Part shown: piece by piece, positions 24,538 through 38,300 of the stretch
How the letters are laid out: the number at the start of each line of letters is the position of its first letter
Numbering within the stretch: the first letter of the stretch is position 1
NCBI GenBank assembly: GCA_002633005.1
Contig: NMRA01000126.1
Coordinates: 326,979-390,978 of the forward strand
Source: Phoronis australis
Taxonomy: Eukaryota; Animalia; Phoronida
DNA length: 64,000 nt
Direction of reading: 5' to 3'
Notes under the pieces: generated by a model
What the model saw: the letters and a program-made list of their open reading frames with translations, nothing else
What the model was told of the DNA's origin: nothing
Database searches by the model: none
Translations under genes and position numbers: made by a program

Positions 24538-26171
24538 GAACACTTATTTCTGTCAGTAATATGCAGCTATAAATGCAAAGATCCTGAAAGGTAAATGCAA
24601 GGATCCTGAAGCCTAATGTATAGTACTGTGCAGGTTGTCAATAACAGGAATACTATTCCCGTAGAAGCAAAATTGTGTCTACCGCTAGAGACGAAACAGG
24701 TGTAGTGAATTTACATTGGCTGACCATTACTGCACCATTGGCTTCAAATCAGCACAACCCTGACACCCCCATTGGTCCAGTTTGGGCTAACCTAAAATAC
24801 TCTCCCCACACCATCCATCTTCAGCTGATGGTATCATTCTCTGGAGATTAACTGGGATAATCAGGCATGACACTGCCCATCATAAACATGGTTGTAAACA
24901 CTGGGGGCGACAATGGGTATTTTTCAAGTGTTCATTTTGAAAGTTTTTAAAATGCATATTTGAATATTTCCTGGAAAGTACAGAAGGTTAGGTTTTCGAA
25001 TTTTCAAAATCAGACAAGAAATGTGAATATGATTAAAAAGAAATCCACACCCACTGTTGTGCTTCATTAATTCTGCTCTGTGTATCAACATAGATGGATA
25101 TACAACACAGTTGGCCAATTGACAAGGGTCACATACAAGTAGTTGAAAATTGAGGAAAACCAAGTGTCCTCATATAATTCTAGGCACATGTGGCAACACA
25201 TGTGGTTAAAGACTCCCACACAACTGTAGGACTCCCAGTTAAATACTGCAGCCTTTAATTTCTACTGCTTTAGTGTTCCACAGAGGTATGAATGCCCAAG
25301 GTCATTCAAGATAGTCTAGAAATATATGATACAACCTATGTAAAGTTCAGACAGCCTCTTAAAATTTGAGACACAGGAGTTCAAACTGAAAAATTTTTCT
25401 AAAAAATTTGGACACAACAGCAACTGTTGCTTTTAGTTTATAACACTCTTGACATTGTGCGTTTTCATAAAAGAATAGTTCTATGGCTATGTAACATTCC
25501 AAAATACAAAGCATTGATACACTCCAAATTAGAAAGCATTGATACACTCCTAATTCCCAATAACGTTTCTTACTATCAGGACCATGACAGTAAATGAGCT
25601 CTAATCTGTTTCAACAACATTTTCAATCACATTTAAGAAATGATTTTGCTGGGTCACAGAGTCAACTCTCTTCACTCACTACCAGCAGCAAACCCTGCTT
25701 TAAATCAATGTGGTAAAACAAACAAAACACACTTCAGGATAAGAACAGAATGTAAAAAGATTAAATTTGAGTCAAAATATTTCCCATAATTTTACCTACT
25801 GCGTCATATCCTAATGGCTTCTTGGACATAATCTTGTGTAAAGTATTCAGCATTACAGTCATAATGTCTCAAAAATTCTTCGTAACTTTTACTTGAGTCT
25901 CGGCAAAAGTGACTCTTATTTATTTTTACATGTGATTGATTGGGCATGACTATGTGTGTCTATTTCATTAGTTAACATTTCAAAAATTAAGTCAAAAACC
26001 TAAGTCAAACTTAAGAACTCTTACTTGAAACAGACTTGAGACAAATGTAAGTTTGATCTTGAAATTGACTGTTGTATGCGATTACCAATCACCCACAATC
26101 AAAATGAAACCATGAACAATCAAGTGAAAAAACACACGACGATGGATAGGCACCCTGTATATTGCACTTGT

Positions 26172-26320
26172 CTAATGATTATAAAGTTGCAAGTCAAGCT
26201 TGACAACAACCTCGCCAGTTTCAACCTCGAGTAACTGCAATCGTTTGGTGATTGGTCCTTTCTTGTCCTTGCTCTCACTTAAAACATCAGCAATATTGAT
26301 TTCAGTCCTTCCAAGGAAAT
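26172..26320 (-). CDS. ITSN1: ITSN last exon, end of C2 (DFLGRTEI...LDLQLYNH*)
   Basis: ttgcag acceptor, TAG stop. Confidence 0.93.
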
Positions 26321-29300
26321 CTGCAATATTGACAAATCTCAGTATATCTATAACAGTTGTGTACGGCAAGTTAGCTGCAAATGTTCAGTAACACGTCAAG
26401 TGCTATTGAACAAAGGGACACTAAGAACGCCACGACTGACAGAAGCCACCATTTTGTTCAATGTCACTGATTCAAATTTTAAATCACCAGAGTTATCAGC
26501 CAGTCAGTCAGTCAGTCAGTCAGTCAGTCTGTCAGTCGCCCAATCTCAGAAAAGACAACACAATGAGCTGATATTTACCAAGAATGTTGTAGATTGATGT
26601 TGTGAAATCTTTACATCAATCCGTGCTTCCTACTACGTATACTATGTTATTTGGCTAATTTAGGTATGATGCAAAAAGTGGATTTCAAATCGCGACAATC
26701 ACTGCCAGCACATAACATCAAATTAGGTCTGAGAACGTAAATTGCTATTATCAAACAAAACAGACTGTCGAACATCAGCAGTGTTTTGCACTGATGTCAG
26801 TAAGTAGGATACAAACAACATTATGAATGATGTTCCATAAGTAGGGTACAAACAACATTATGAATGGTGTTCCATAAGTAGGGTACAAACAACATTATGA
26901 ATGATGTTCCATAAGTAGGATACAAACAACATTATGAATGGTGTTCCATAAGTAGGGTACTAACAACATTATGAATGGTGTTCCATAAGTAGGATACAAA
27001 CAACATTATGAATGGTGTTCCATAAGTAGGATACAAACAACATTATGAATGATGTTCCATAAGTTTATTTCATGAAATAGGTCTCAAGTCTTGTTTAACT
27101 GATTATTAGCACACCATCAGGAGCAATGTGCAACAATCACAACACATGATGGTGTGATGCGCCAAGTATATAATCAAGCACAACACGTGCAGGGCTCTGG
27201 TTAATTGTAACATGTTGCATGAGAGCATGATACACTTGACATAACTATAAAACTTGTATAACACAAAGCCTTGGTCAATGCCTACACTATTTCTATTGCA
27301 AAATGAGCTCTGACATGTGCTGACTGTGAAAGCTACATATTCCTCCAGAGAACAGGCGCCACAAACAGAAAGGAGACACCATCACAACTATTCCTTGATT
27401 TCAAACAAACATATAACCAACTTTCATTGCAATCAAAGCTATGCTTTTGATCTTTGCCATATAAGTGGCACCCCCATTGGGCTACAGCTAGCTCCATTTT
27501 AAACATAAAAAACACAACTAACAGTTGAAGGATATTTTGAGAAAATTACCATTTGGTGTGAAGAAGTCTCTATCATACACGGTTATACACAGCACATCCT
27601 GCTGGACGTCTTTGATGGTGAACTGCATAGAAGAGTTCCACTTGGGGTTCAGCGTACTGTTGATCACTTTTGTCTTGTGCTCCTGTGTACCCATACTAAC
27701 TTCACAGTAGGGGTCACTTTTACCTGGCCGAATAGCAGAAAGAGCAGCTACAATTTGAGCAGATCGCCACAGGATCAACAGATCAATTAACATGAATTAC
27801 ACATGAATATTAATTAGAGACTGAAATGATACTAAATGGAGAGTGAAACAAGACTTTTATGATTAAGAATCCTCAGCAAACTAGAACTGTATCTTTTCCT
27901 TAATAGTTTATGATTATTATTATTTTTGTAATAGATAGATGAAACAAAAAGCTTCAGTTAGTGTAAACAGGCCTTTACCAGCTGAATTAATTCAAATTAA
28001 ATTAATAGTATCTTTGAAACAAACCAACAGTAACACAGTTATTAAGAAAACATACTAGTTGATTTCACTAATCAATTCATTAACGGAAAATGTCAATGGA
28101 TTGCTTTCATGAATATGTTTTAAGAGAAGAGAAGCAAGCCCATTCATAGCGGTGTAGAAGGTATATCTTGTGTAGAACAAAGTGCAGCCTCCAACAAGGA
28201 TGATAACCAATTATACATGAGACACAAGTGGTAAAAAATTCTTTAACTTTAGAGACAAAAATTCATTTTCTTAAAATTTGGGTCATGCATGTCCCTTGAA
28301 ACAAAATTGAAAATTTTAAAACTTGTTCACATGTGATCATTTGGAGGTGAACGTTCATGATGATCGAAATGTTAGAATTGCTTTATGGAGAAAAATAACC
28401 TCAACTTTTAACTTGTGAAAATTTCACCCTCATTTCTCTTTCGACAACTTTCAGTGTCTCAAAGTGACTTGCCTAATGCTAGCAGTAAAATGAATTGAAA
28501 GAAGCATCTGCCAGGATATGAAGCATGACAAAGCCACATCTATTCCCCTTGGGTACAGTGAGCCGTGACCAGCTCATGACAAAGCCACATCTATTCCCCT
28601 TGGGTACAGTGAGCCTTGACCAGCTCATGACAAAGCCACTTCTATTCCTCTTGGGTGCAGTGAGCCGTGACCAACTTTGTGATGAGCGACCAAATTTCAT
28701 TTGATGTAAATGTTCAAGATGAAACCTCAAAATCACTGTTACAGTTTTCTAAATTTATAATTTGATGCGTTTTTTTATTTTTCTTTCGTGAAAATGACAA
28801 AAAGTGTTATTTTTGATAGCCATCATGCAAAAGTGGAACATTTTAAAAACAATTCCTAACAGAATATTGGAGAACAGTGCATAAATTATAGTGTCTGATC
28901 ATCTAAATTTGATGTTCCGTTTCTGAGATATATGTTCAGACATTAACCAATTTTGGGCATTTTCTAGGGTCTTAAATAACCTGAACTCGCGTTATTAGGC
29001 TTTGCCAGAGTCTGATAAGCAGATGGTTGGTAAATGGGCGACGTATTGACACTGTAGAGACGATGCAGAATACATTACCTGATTGGTCGCTTGATGTTAA
29101 ATCGCAACCTTCGAGTAATACTACCAGGAGGCGCCCCACACCAGGAGATTTTCGAACTAAACAGCAGAAGATCACACAAAATAAAACTGAAACTTTGAGA
29201 GAGTCACACTGTAATGAAGCCTGGAAAGTTCCCAAAAACTGCAATCAACTTGCGAAAACCAAGAATTGCAGCAGAAGTATTTGAACTATGATTGTAGGTT

Positions 29301-32300
29301 ATGCGACAGGCATTGCTTCTTCTACCTTTAACAGAAACTTGGTCTATCTGAAGTCCTTTAGTGTGCGTATGAGTATCAGGCATACATTTTTGTCTTGGCT
29401 GACAGGAGAATTCAATTTGGGTCTCTTGCAACTGATAAAAGCCTCAAATATCAAAACCAACAGTGCAAAACCGGAAATTTCTGATAGTTCACAAACATTA
29501 CTATACGTGGCTCAAACAGAATCTAAATCAGTCTTTACTTGAATTACTACGAATATTGTCAAATTAAAGATTGAAGCTTTAAAATCATAATCAAGGCAAA
29601 CAGTTTCAGAAATTCAGAGGTCACGTAAGTATGAAGGACATTGTGTAACATTATTGCACAGATGAAAATTTACTTATCACAACACCGAGGCTTAAAGCAA
29701 AGTTGATAATCACAGAGATTGACAGTTACATTAAATATTCATCAAGCAATGAAATATTTCTAAACCCCAATCCACCGTCGTGTGGTGATATCTGATGTCA
29801 GAAACACTAAACTTGCTCTTACAAAATTGGCCTCAACTTGTTCCTTGGCACTTTGGTGAGAAATGAAAGAACTGCAAGCTGACAAATAAATCTGTTGCAT
29901 ACAATTTTAGGGTATTCGTATAGATTACCGTTTTGTGTGCCAAAATTTAGCTGTAAGTGAATAAATACCAGATGGAAATAGATGATTAATGTAGACTTTT
30001 TGTTAATTATTTGAGTTCTGAAAAAGGATAACAATGCCATAAATTGAGGAAGCAAAATTATTGCGGCTCTGGAGAATGATGCTTTTGACATCAAAACCAG
30101 GTGCTTATGGGGTATACTGCCATCAAAAAGTGATGTGGACACAATCCAGACTCCATGCCAAGTAAAGAAGACAGTCAAACAGCATAAGCCAGATTTCACT
30201 TGCTTTCTCACCATTACAGTCACTCGGGATGAGGTGTCGAGCCTCAACCACAATCACTAGCAATCGACCAATCCCGTGGCTTTTCTTGAACACTGACAAA
30301 AGTGTGGATTATTTACTAACACTGACCTACACTATTTGCTACACAGATGTATGAACAGCTTCTAAAATATACATTCATCTTAAGGAATGTGAAACTGAAC
30401 ATTTGACATTCAACAACAAATCAAATTCATACCACCACAATGATCAGGCTAATATCAAATCCTAATGTCTTCACAATACTTTAGCAGAAATCACGTGGAG
30501 AAGACATTCGGTTAAAATTGAAATTTCCAATTATATATATTGTGGCAAGAGCAAATTTGAAAAAAAAGACAAAATGAAACAGAAGATTAACATTATCCAT
30601 TGGAATAATTCAAGCATAATGTTGATGATATCGACTGAATTGCTCAAAATGTTATAATTAATCTCCCATTCCCAGGCCTTATGGAGGACAGCAAGATCCA
30701 CAAGGACACAACTCAATCTACTGGATGTCAGATAATCCCGCTATACAAGACTTCTTTCCCCATTCATGTAAAATACATAAGACAGCCTATCAATATGACT
30801 TAGGTGTTGTTCCCACCCTATATCTCAGAAGAAGCAGTAACTGAAAGCAGCATAAACGTGGCACTGCCTCATGACCTGACTAACAGGCTGCCTCCAATCC
30901 CACCCTGAGCCCAGTCTACATAATTGTCCACTCAAGTAGTGCAGCCAACTTACTGGAATGGGCTCGCTCCCGCTTTTTCCTCTCCGTGTCCAGCCAGTCT
31001 TTGTAAGCTTGGTCAATTTTTTTCATCCAATTGTCCCTACAGGCAAAAAACAGTGACACAGTTACTGTAAGAAGCATGGGGATGTCATGATTATCATAAA
31101 AGGTAGCACAATCACTAATCATAAGCAGGGACATGACTAACAAAAGTGACAGTGACATGATGACCATGATAAGCAGTGACATAGTGAACATGATAAGCAG
31201 TGACATTGTGACCATAATAAGCAGTGACATGGTGACTATAATAAGCAGTGACATGGTGACCACGATAAGCAGTGACAATGAGACTATGGTAAGCAGTGAC
31301 ATTGTGACCATGATAAACAGTGACATTGTGACCATGATAAGCAGTGACATGATGACTATGATAAGCAGTGACATAGTGACCATGATAAGCAGTGACATTG
31401 TGACCATGGTAAGCAGTGACATGGTGACCATGTGTTGTGTATTGGCAATGCTACTTGTGGTTTTCCTTAGAATATAGTCACGTGGTATTTATGCCCACAA
31501 GCCACGTGCTCATCCCCTTCTTGTATTAGTTCTCCAAGTGAATAGACGTATTATAATTTACTCTCATCTGTGTTGTTTTACTGGTTCTACGAACACAACA
31601 TTTTGGCGACGAGGATAAAAATGGAAGATCTTGCGATTAAACCATTTATTCTTCATCCCACGGAGTCGGCTGGTTCCCGTTGGGAATTGTGGATTAAGCG
31701 ACTTGACAATTATTTGGTGGCAAAGAACATTACTCAGGATCCGCGCAAGAAAGCCACGCTTCTGCACTATGCGGGGGAGGAAGTCTTTGTCATAAACGAT
31801 TCTCTTCCTACGGAAGAAAATGAGACATACGACCAATTGAAAACGAAACTTTCAGACCATTTTTCGCCGAAGCGAAATACAGAATATGAAGTTTACCAAT
31901 TCCGACAAGCCACCCAGACCACGTCTGAGACTTTAGATATGTTTTGCGCTCGGTTACGGACGCTTGCGAAACATTGCGATTTCGCCGACGTTGATCGGGA
32001 GATCAAATCACAGATTATTCAAAAGACTACGATGGAGAAAGTGCGCCATAAAGGACTCACGGAACCTACGATTAGCGTTGCGGATTTATTAACTTATGGA
32101 CGCACACAAGAAGCGGCAACCCAGCAAGGGTTGGCGATGGCCCCACAAATTGTAAGTACATGTACTCTTACTACGAACCAAGTGAGTGGCAAACAGCCAG
32201 TTCCTCACATACAGCCGTACCGGCACAATCACAAACATGGTAACCGTGGAAAAGCACAAAAGTGTGTTGGTTGTGGGGGACAGTGTACGGATCGGCGAAA

Positions 32301-35300
32301 GTGCCCAGCATGGGGAGAGAAATGTCATCGCTGCGGTATTCTGAATCATTTTCAGTCTCAGTGTCGCTCAAAACCGACCACAAAGCCTCAACGAGGTAGG
32401 GCCAATTCCACGAATTGGCTCGGAAGTGATCAATCAGATCGCTCGTTTGTTTACAACAATATGTATCGCATAGACAGCGAGTCCGCACCCAGTGCTGATC
32501 CGCCACACATGGTGGACGTTATTATCAATGGCCAGATTGTTTCTATGGAATTAGACACTGGCGCCAAGTTCAGTGTGGTCAATGAAGATGTGTGGTCAAA
32601 CATTTGCACAAACAACGAGCCTCTTGTAGACTCTCACGTCATACTTGTCGGCTATGGGGGTGCGGAAGTCCGGTCACGTGAGGCCGAGGTCAACGTGACT
32701 CAAGATAACCAGGAGTATCGACTCCCCCTACTGGTCACAAATTCGGGCCCAAGTCTATTAGGGCGTAATTGGCTTAATCGTTTGCGGTTGGACTGGAAAC
32801 GAGTGTACACGGCCACGAATACTGTGCACGAGTTAGCTGTTTTGCAACGTTACGAGGAACTTTTCCGTGACGAATTAGGAAAATACACTGGAGGACAGGT
32901 GTCTTTGAATGTCAATCCGGAGACCACACCCGTCTACATGAAGGCACGCCCAGTCCCATATGCTTTACGTGAAAAAGTCGAATTGGAGTTGAACCGATTA
33001 ATCAACGATGGGGTGTTGAAGTCAGTGAGCTCGTCGGAGTGGGCTACGCCCGTGGTTCCCGTGTTGAAAAACTCGGGCGACGTTCGCATTTGTGGTGATT
33101 ATCGTTCCACGTTGAACAAAGCTGGATTGGTTGATAAGTACCCTATTCCACGAATAGACGATTTATTTACCAAACTTGCCGGTGGTCAGATTTATTCTAA
33201 GCTGGACTTAAGTCACGCATATCAACAGTTGGAGCTAACTGAACCTTCTCAAAAGTTAACTACCCTCAACACTCTGAGTCATGGATTACTAGCTTATACC
33301 CGCGTTCCGTTCGGGATATCCTCTGCCCCCGGCCTGTTTCAGCGTACCATGGAACAGGTAGTGCGAGGTATTCCTATGTGCACTGTGTATCTAGACGACA
33401 TTTTGGTGGCTGGTCGTAACGCGGCTGAGCATAAAGCCAACCTGGTACAGGTTTTGGAACGCCTGAAGAACAACGGGTTCCGTTTGAAGAGAGAAAAATG
33501 CGTGTTCAACCAAACGTCGGTCACTTACTTGGGACACCGTCTGGACGGGGCAGGCATACGCCCCACGAAAGAGAAAGTCACGGCGATTGTGCAGGCACCC
33601 GCTCCGCGCAACGTATCGGAGTTACGCTCGTACGTTGGATTGCTGAATTACTACCACAAGTTTCTGGACAATGCCAGTTCTGTTTTGGCACCACTCTACG
33701 CCTTGCTACGCAACGGTGTCAAATGGCGTTGGGGCAAACGCGAATCCGACGCGTTTCAACATTCAAAACGTTTGTTAACATCCACGAATTTGCTTGTTCA
33801 TTATCAACCGGAATATCCTTTGTTGTTGAGCTGCGATGCTTCACCCTACGGTGTTGGCGCGGTATTATCACACGTCTTGGAAGACAGTTCTGAAAGACCA
33901 ATAGCGTTTGCTTCTCGGACATTAGCACCAGCTGAGAAGAATTATGCACAGATTGATCGCGAAGCATTGGCTATCATCTTTGGGGTGAAACACTTCCACA
34001 GTTATTTGTATGGACGTAATTTCACAATAGTAACGGACCATTTGCCTCTTTTAGGGATTTTACGTGAGGGCACCGCCATACCGGCTATGTGTAGCTCACG
34101 TATGAAACGATGGGCCCTAATGTTGTCAGGTTATAACTACGTTTTACGACACAAGTCTGGACAGTCTAACGGCAACGCCGACGCACTTAGTAGACTGCCG
34201 CTGGAGTGTAAACCATTTCAGGTGCCCGTGCCTGAGGAAGTGGTTTTGTCGTTAACTCAGATGGATTTTACGCCTGTCACTGTATCCAAGATACAGCGCT
34301 GGACACAACAAGACCCGATTACGTCGGCTGTGTACCGTTGTGTCTTGCAAGGTTTTCCTGACACTGCGAACGATTTGATTGCCCAGTATTTCTCCCGTCG
34401 ACATGAACTTACGGTTCAGGACGGATGTTTATTATGGGGAGCGCGTGTTATCATACCTCCTCAGGGGCGTACCGCCTTATTGGATGAATTACACGGTTCA
34501 CATCCCGGTATCGTCCGAATGAAGAACTTGGCACGTTCTTACATTTGGTGGCCGTCTATCGATGTGGACATCGAACAGTGTGTTCGGCAATGCCAGTCGT
34601 GCAAGGAAAATACCCAGTCGCCACAGCACGCCAAAGTTCACCCTTGGGAGTGGCCTGGAGTACCATGGCACCGAATTCATATCGACTATGCAGGTCCAAT
34701 GAAGAACGGGAAATACATTCTTGTAATTGTGGACGCTCACAGTAAATTTATCGACGCGTACATCACCGACAGTACTTCAACCGAGGCAACAGTCAGGAAA
34801 TTACGTCAGTGCTTTGCCACGCATGGACTGCCCGTAATGATTGTGTCTGACAACGGTTCTGGTTTCGCCAGTGCTGATTTTGCCAAGTTCTGTCGGAACA
34901 ATGGTATTAAACATACGTTTAGTGCGCCGTACCACCCTGCGAGTAATGGTGCGGCCGAGGCTGCGGTTAAAATCGTCAAGACCGGAATGGCCAGGTTGGA
35001 AGGCGACATGGAAACCCGCCTTTACACATTCTTAGCGCGTCATCGCATTACACCACACTCTGCGACAGGTAGACCACCCGCAGAATTATTAATGTCGAGG
35101 AGGCCGCGTTCACGTTTGGACTTAGCTGTGCCGGACCTCAGACAGCGTGTTCTACAGAAACAGTCAAGTGCGCAACGCGCACATGACACACGTGACTTTT
35201 GCGCCGGAGATACGGTACTTGTGAGAAACTTCGCCGGCTCACCCACCTGGGTCCCTGGCATGATCATAGAACAACGAGGACCCGTGTCATTCTCGGTGGA

Positions 35301-38300
35301 GTTGTCCGATAAACGGATTTGGAGGCGTCACGTAGACCACATAGTACGACGCACACCGGAAGACAACCCATCTTCAACCACGTTTGGCCCACCGCCAAGT
35401 AACTTACCTCCGCCACAAGCCTTCGTACCGCCAACTCGGTTGACGGAACAACCTTCTACGCCTGTGGTCGATCCTACTGCGGATTCGAACGCTACTACCG
35501 TACGATTACCCGTAGAAAATCCACCAACGGATTCGTCTGTAGTTGTGACACGTTCCGGAAGGAAATCAATCCAACCAGACAGGCTGAACTTTTAATTACT
35601 ACTTATTATAACTAGCTTCAGTCATCAGTAGGATCACCTTACAGCAAACAGCAGTGTAATACATCGTTTTAGTTATGACTGGACACTTAGTATCGTTTTA
35701 CAAACAAGACTGCTGACAGTGTGTTACATGCATGTTTGTGTTTAGTTTGAAGTGTTCCTCCATGTTTATTTACGTTTGCAGTAGTCAGCTAAGGGTAGAG
35801 GGATGTTGTGTATTGGCAATGCTACTTGTGGTTTTCCTTAGAATATAGTCACGTGGTATTTATGCCCACAAGCCACGTGCTCATCCCCTTCTTGTATTAG
35901 TTCTCCAAGTGAATAGACGTATTATAATTTACTCTCATCTGTGTTGTTTTACTGGTTCTACGAACACAACACCATGATAAGCAGTGACATAGTGACCATG
36001 ATAAGCAGTGACATAGTGACCAAGATAAGCAGTGACATTGTGACTATGATAAGCAGTGACCTGATGACTATGATAAGCAGTGACATTGTGACCATGATAA
36101 GCAGTGACACAGTGACCATGATAAGCAGTGACATTGTGACTATGGTAAGCAGTGACATTGTGACCATGATAAGCAGTGACATTGTTAGTATAGTAAGCAG
36201 TGAAATTGTGACCATGATAAACAGAGACATTGTGACCATGATAAGTAGTGACATTTTGATTATGATAAGCAGTGACATGGTGACCATGATAAGCAGTGAC
36301 ATGGTGACTGTGTTAAACAGTGAGCACATGCTATGATACCATGAGTTCCATAAGCATAGACAAGATCATTATCAAAGTCAATGACACCATGACTTTCACA
36401 TGTAAGCAGTGACATGGTGACTATTAGAAGCAGTGACACCATGAGGGTAATATTAAGCAATGGTCCAATGATTTAACCACTCAGAGAATCCTATACACAC
36501 AGATGTGTGTATGACAGTTCACTGTAGCAAACTACCATACCATTAACTTGCTTGCAATATAATGACAGAATATCACCATTTTAGGACACAACATGGCAAA
36601 CATGTGAAATTTCATTTTTTTTTCTAAGCAAATAAAATACCATTTCTAAGTTCCAGATCAAAGCTACCATATAGTGGACTTTCACAACAAATTAGAAGCC
36701 ACTTTGGCAATTATTTTGTCTGAAATAAGTGATGTCATATGTTAACATTCTTACAACATTCTCAGCGAGAGCACTAATTCAACAGAAATTAGCAATACAA
36801 TGGAAGTTAACCCCCTTGCTCTGCTGAAGCAGTCGAACACCCTGCCGCTGAGCCAAATCCCACACAATGAGTAATAAGAGTATTTTAAGCATATTTAAAT
36901 GGTAAAGACACCAGTCTTGATTTCAGTAAATGTCTTGCAGACCATGAGAAAATTGGCAATAAAATCACAAAATAACAAACAACGAAATGTCATCAATTTG
37001 TAGCTCTGATCAAAGATAATAACTTCAAGAAATCTATCCACGCCAAAAACAACCAAACAAATTATGACCTGGCATTCTCTATCATGACAGCTGAGCAATT
37101 CTCCGCCATGACAGCTGAATGCAAGTGGAATTCACCTTCATAGCTAGAATGACACATAGTAACGGGGCATTACCCGTCATGAAGGGAAACGGTATTCTGT
37201 TAGAATATTTCAGGCATGAAACTGTTAAGTATAATGCAAACCTTTCATTGGTAGTGACTGCCTTCAGTGAGTAGATCTTGTCAATATGATGGATGTTGAA
37301 AGTAGTGGTATCCTGTTCCAAGTCTGTCGCCATCTTCACCATGAGATCATTCAGGAACATTGGCTATAAAATTGAGTGACAGAATAATCATGTCCAGAAC
37401 TGAACTCTCCACTTTTCCTGGGGTACTTAAAATATGCGATACATGATCAGCCCAGTTTTTGAAACCTTAAATGGGAAAAGGACCAGTTTTTCAAGTCATG
37501 TTAAGTAAGGGTTACCTTGGAGATATATTCTTGCAATTAATAACTGTTCCCCTGGCGTGTATTTACAAACTATCAATGGAACAATAAAATGGGCCAAGCA
37601 AAGGGCCTACATCTCTATTCTGCATTCATTTGCCATTGAGCAAATAGAATGTCCTAGTCACCATAGAACACAGTCTGTGTTTACTTAGTCATTCATGTTT
37701 TTTCAATGGAAGAGATCGCAGAACCGATTAAAACTTGGCCAGTTCCACAACACATTGCACTGCGTAAGTATAGCTTCGTACAAGAACTGCTGGTGTCATC
37801 AGTTCTCCTAATCATAAACACCAATTTTAGTTTCTCAGAGAAGCAGCACAATTACAGCATTAGGGCTGACTTTACAGCAATAAAACACTGGCTTAAATAA
37901 ACTGTAACACCATATACCGAAACTAGTGATTTTTGAAAGCTGTTTAGCTTTTGAAATTGAATTCTTCATGAAAAGTTAAGTTAGGATCGTCTTCCTCCAA
38001 AGAAATATGAAAAAACAACCAAAAACAATGTAATTGGATTAATTTTATTGACCAGCATTTTAATCTGGATGGACTTGTTCATTTTAATTTATTCATCATG
38101 GTAGATAACTGGCGTGTGAGACTTGATGCAGGACAAAAGGCTGTGCAAACGCTTAACAATGGACTAGACTGATATCTGGATTTGGAAACTGCTGTCACCA
38201 GGAGTTACTACATGGCAGATATTTGTAATGAAGATGTGGGCCTTGCTAGGCCATTTACAACACATTCTATTATATTCCATGGACAATAGACATATGGCAA

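Larger units (their letters stand above)
31433..35971 (+). mobile_element. full-length Ty3/Gypsy LTR retrotransposon (Mag-like), antisense in an ITSN intron
   Basis: Identical 168-bp LTRs (31433-31600 and 35804-35971, TGTTGTGT...ACACAACA); 5-bp TSD ccatg; PBS TGGCGACGAGGAT at 31604; PPT aagggtagaggga at 35791-35803; one uninterrupted gag-pol ORF. Confidence 0.98.

Noticed and set aside
26801-27064. Possible common origin of the two 37-bp arrays
   Set aside because: Only short AT-rich words (taag, atgaa) are shared and they are out of register; equal period is probably coincidence
31570-31620. ORF-track start of the Gypsy polyprotein at 31570
   Set aside because: Non-ATG start inside the LTR; the first ATG after the PBS is at 31621
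30916-36460. MISSDIVT / MVTMSLLI repeat ORFs
   Set aside because: Translations of the 24-bp minisatellite; only 30954-31036 is a real exon
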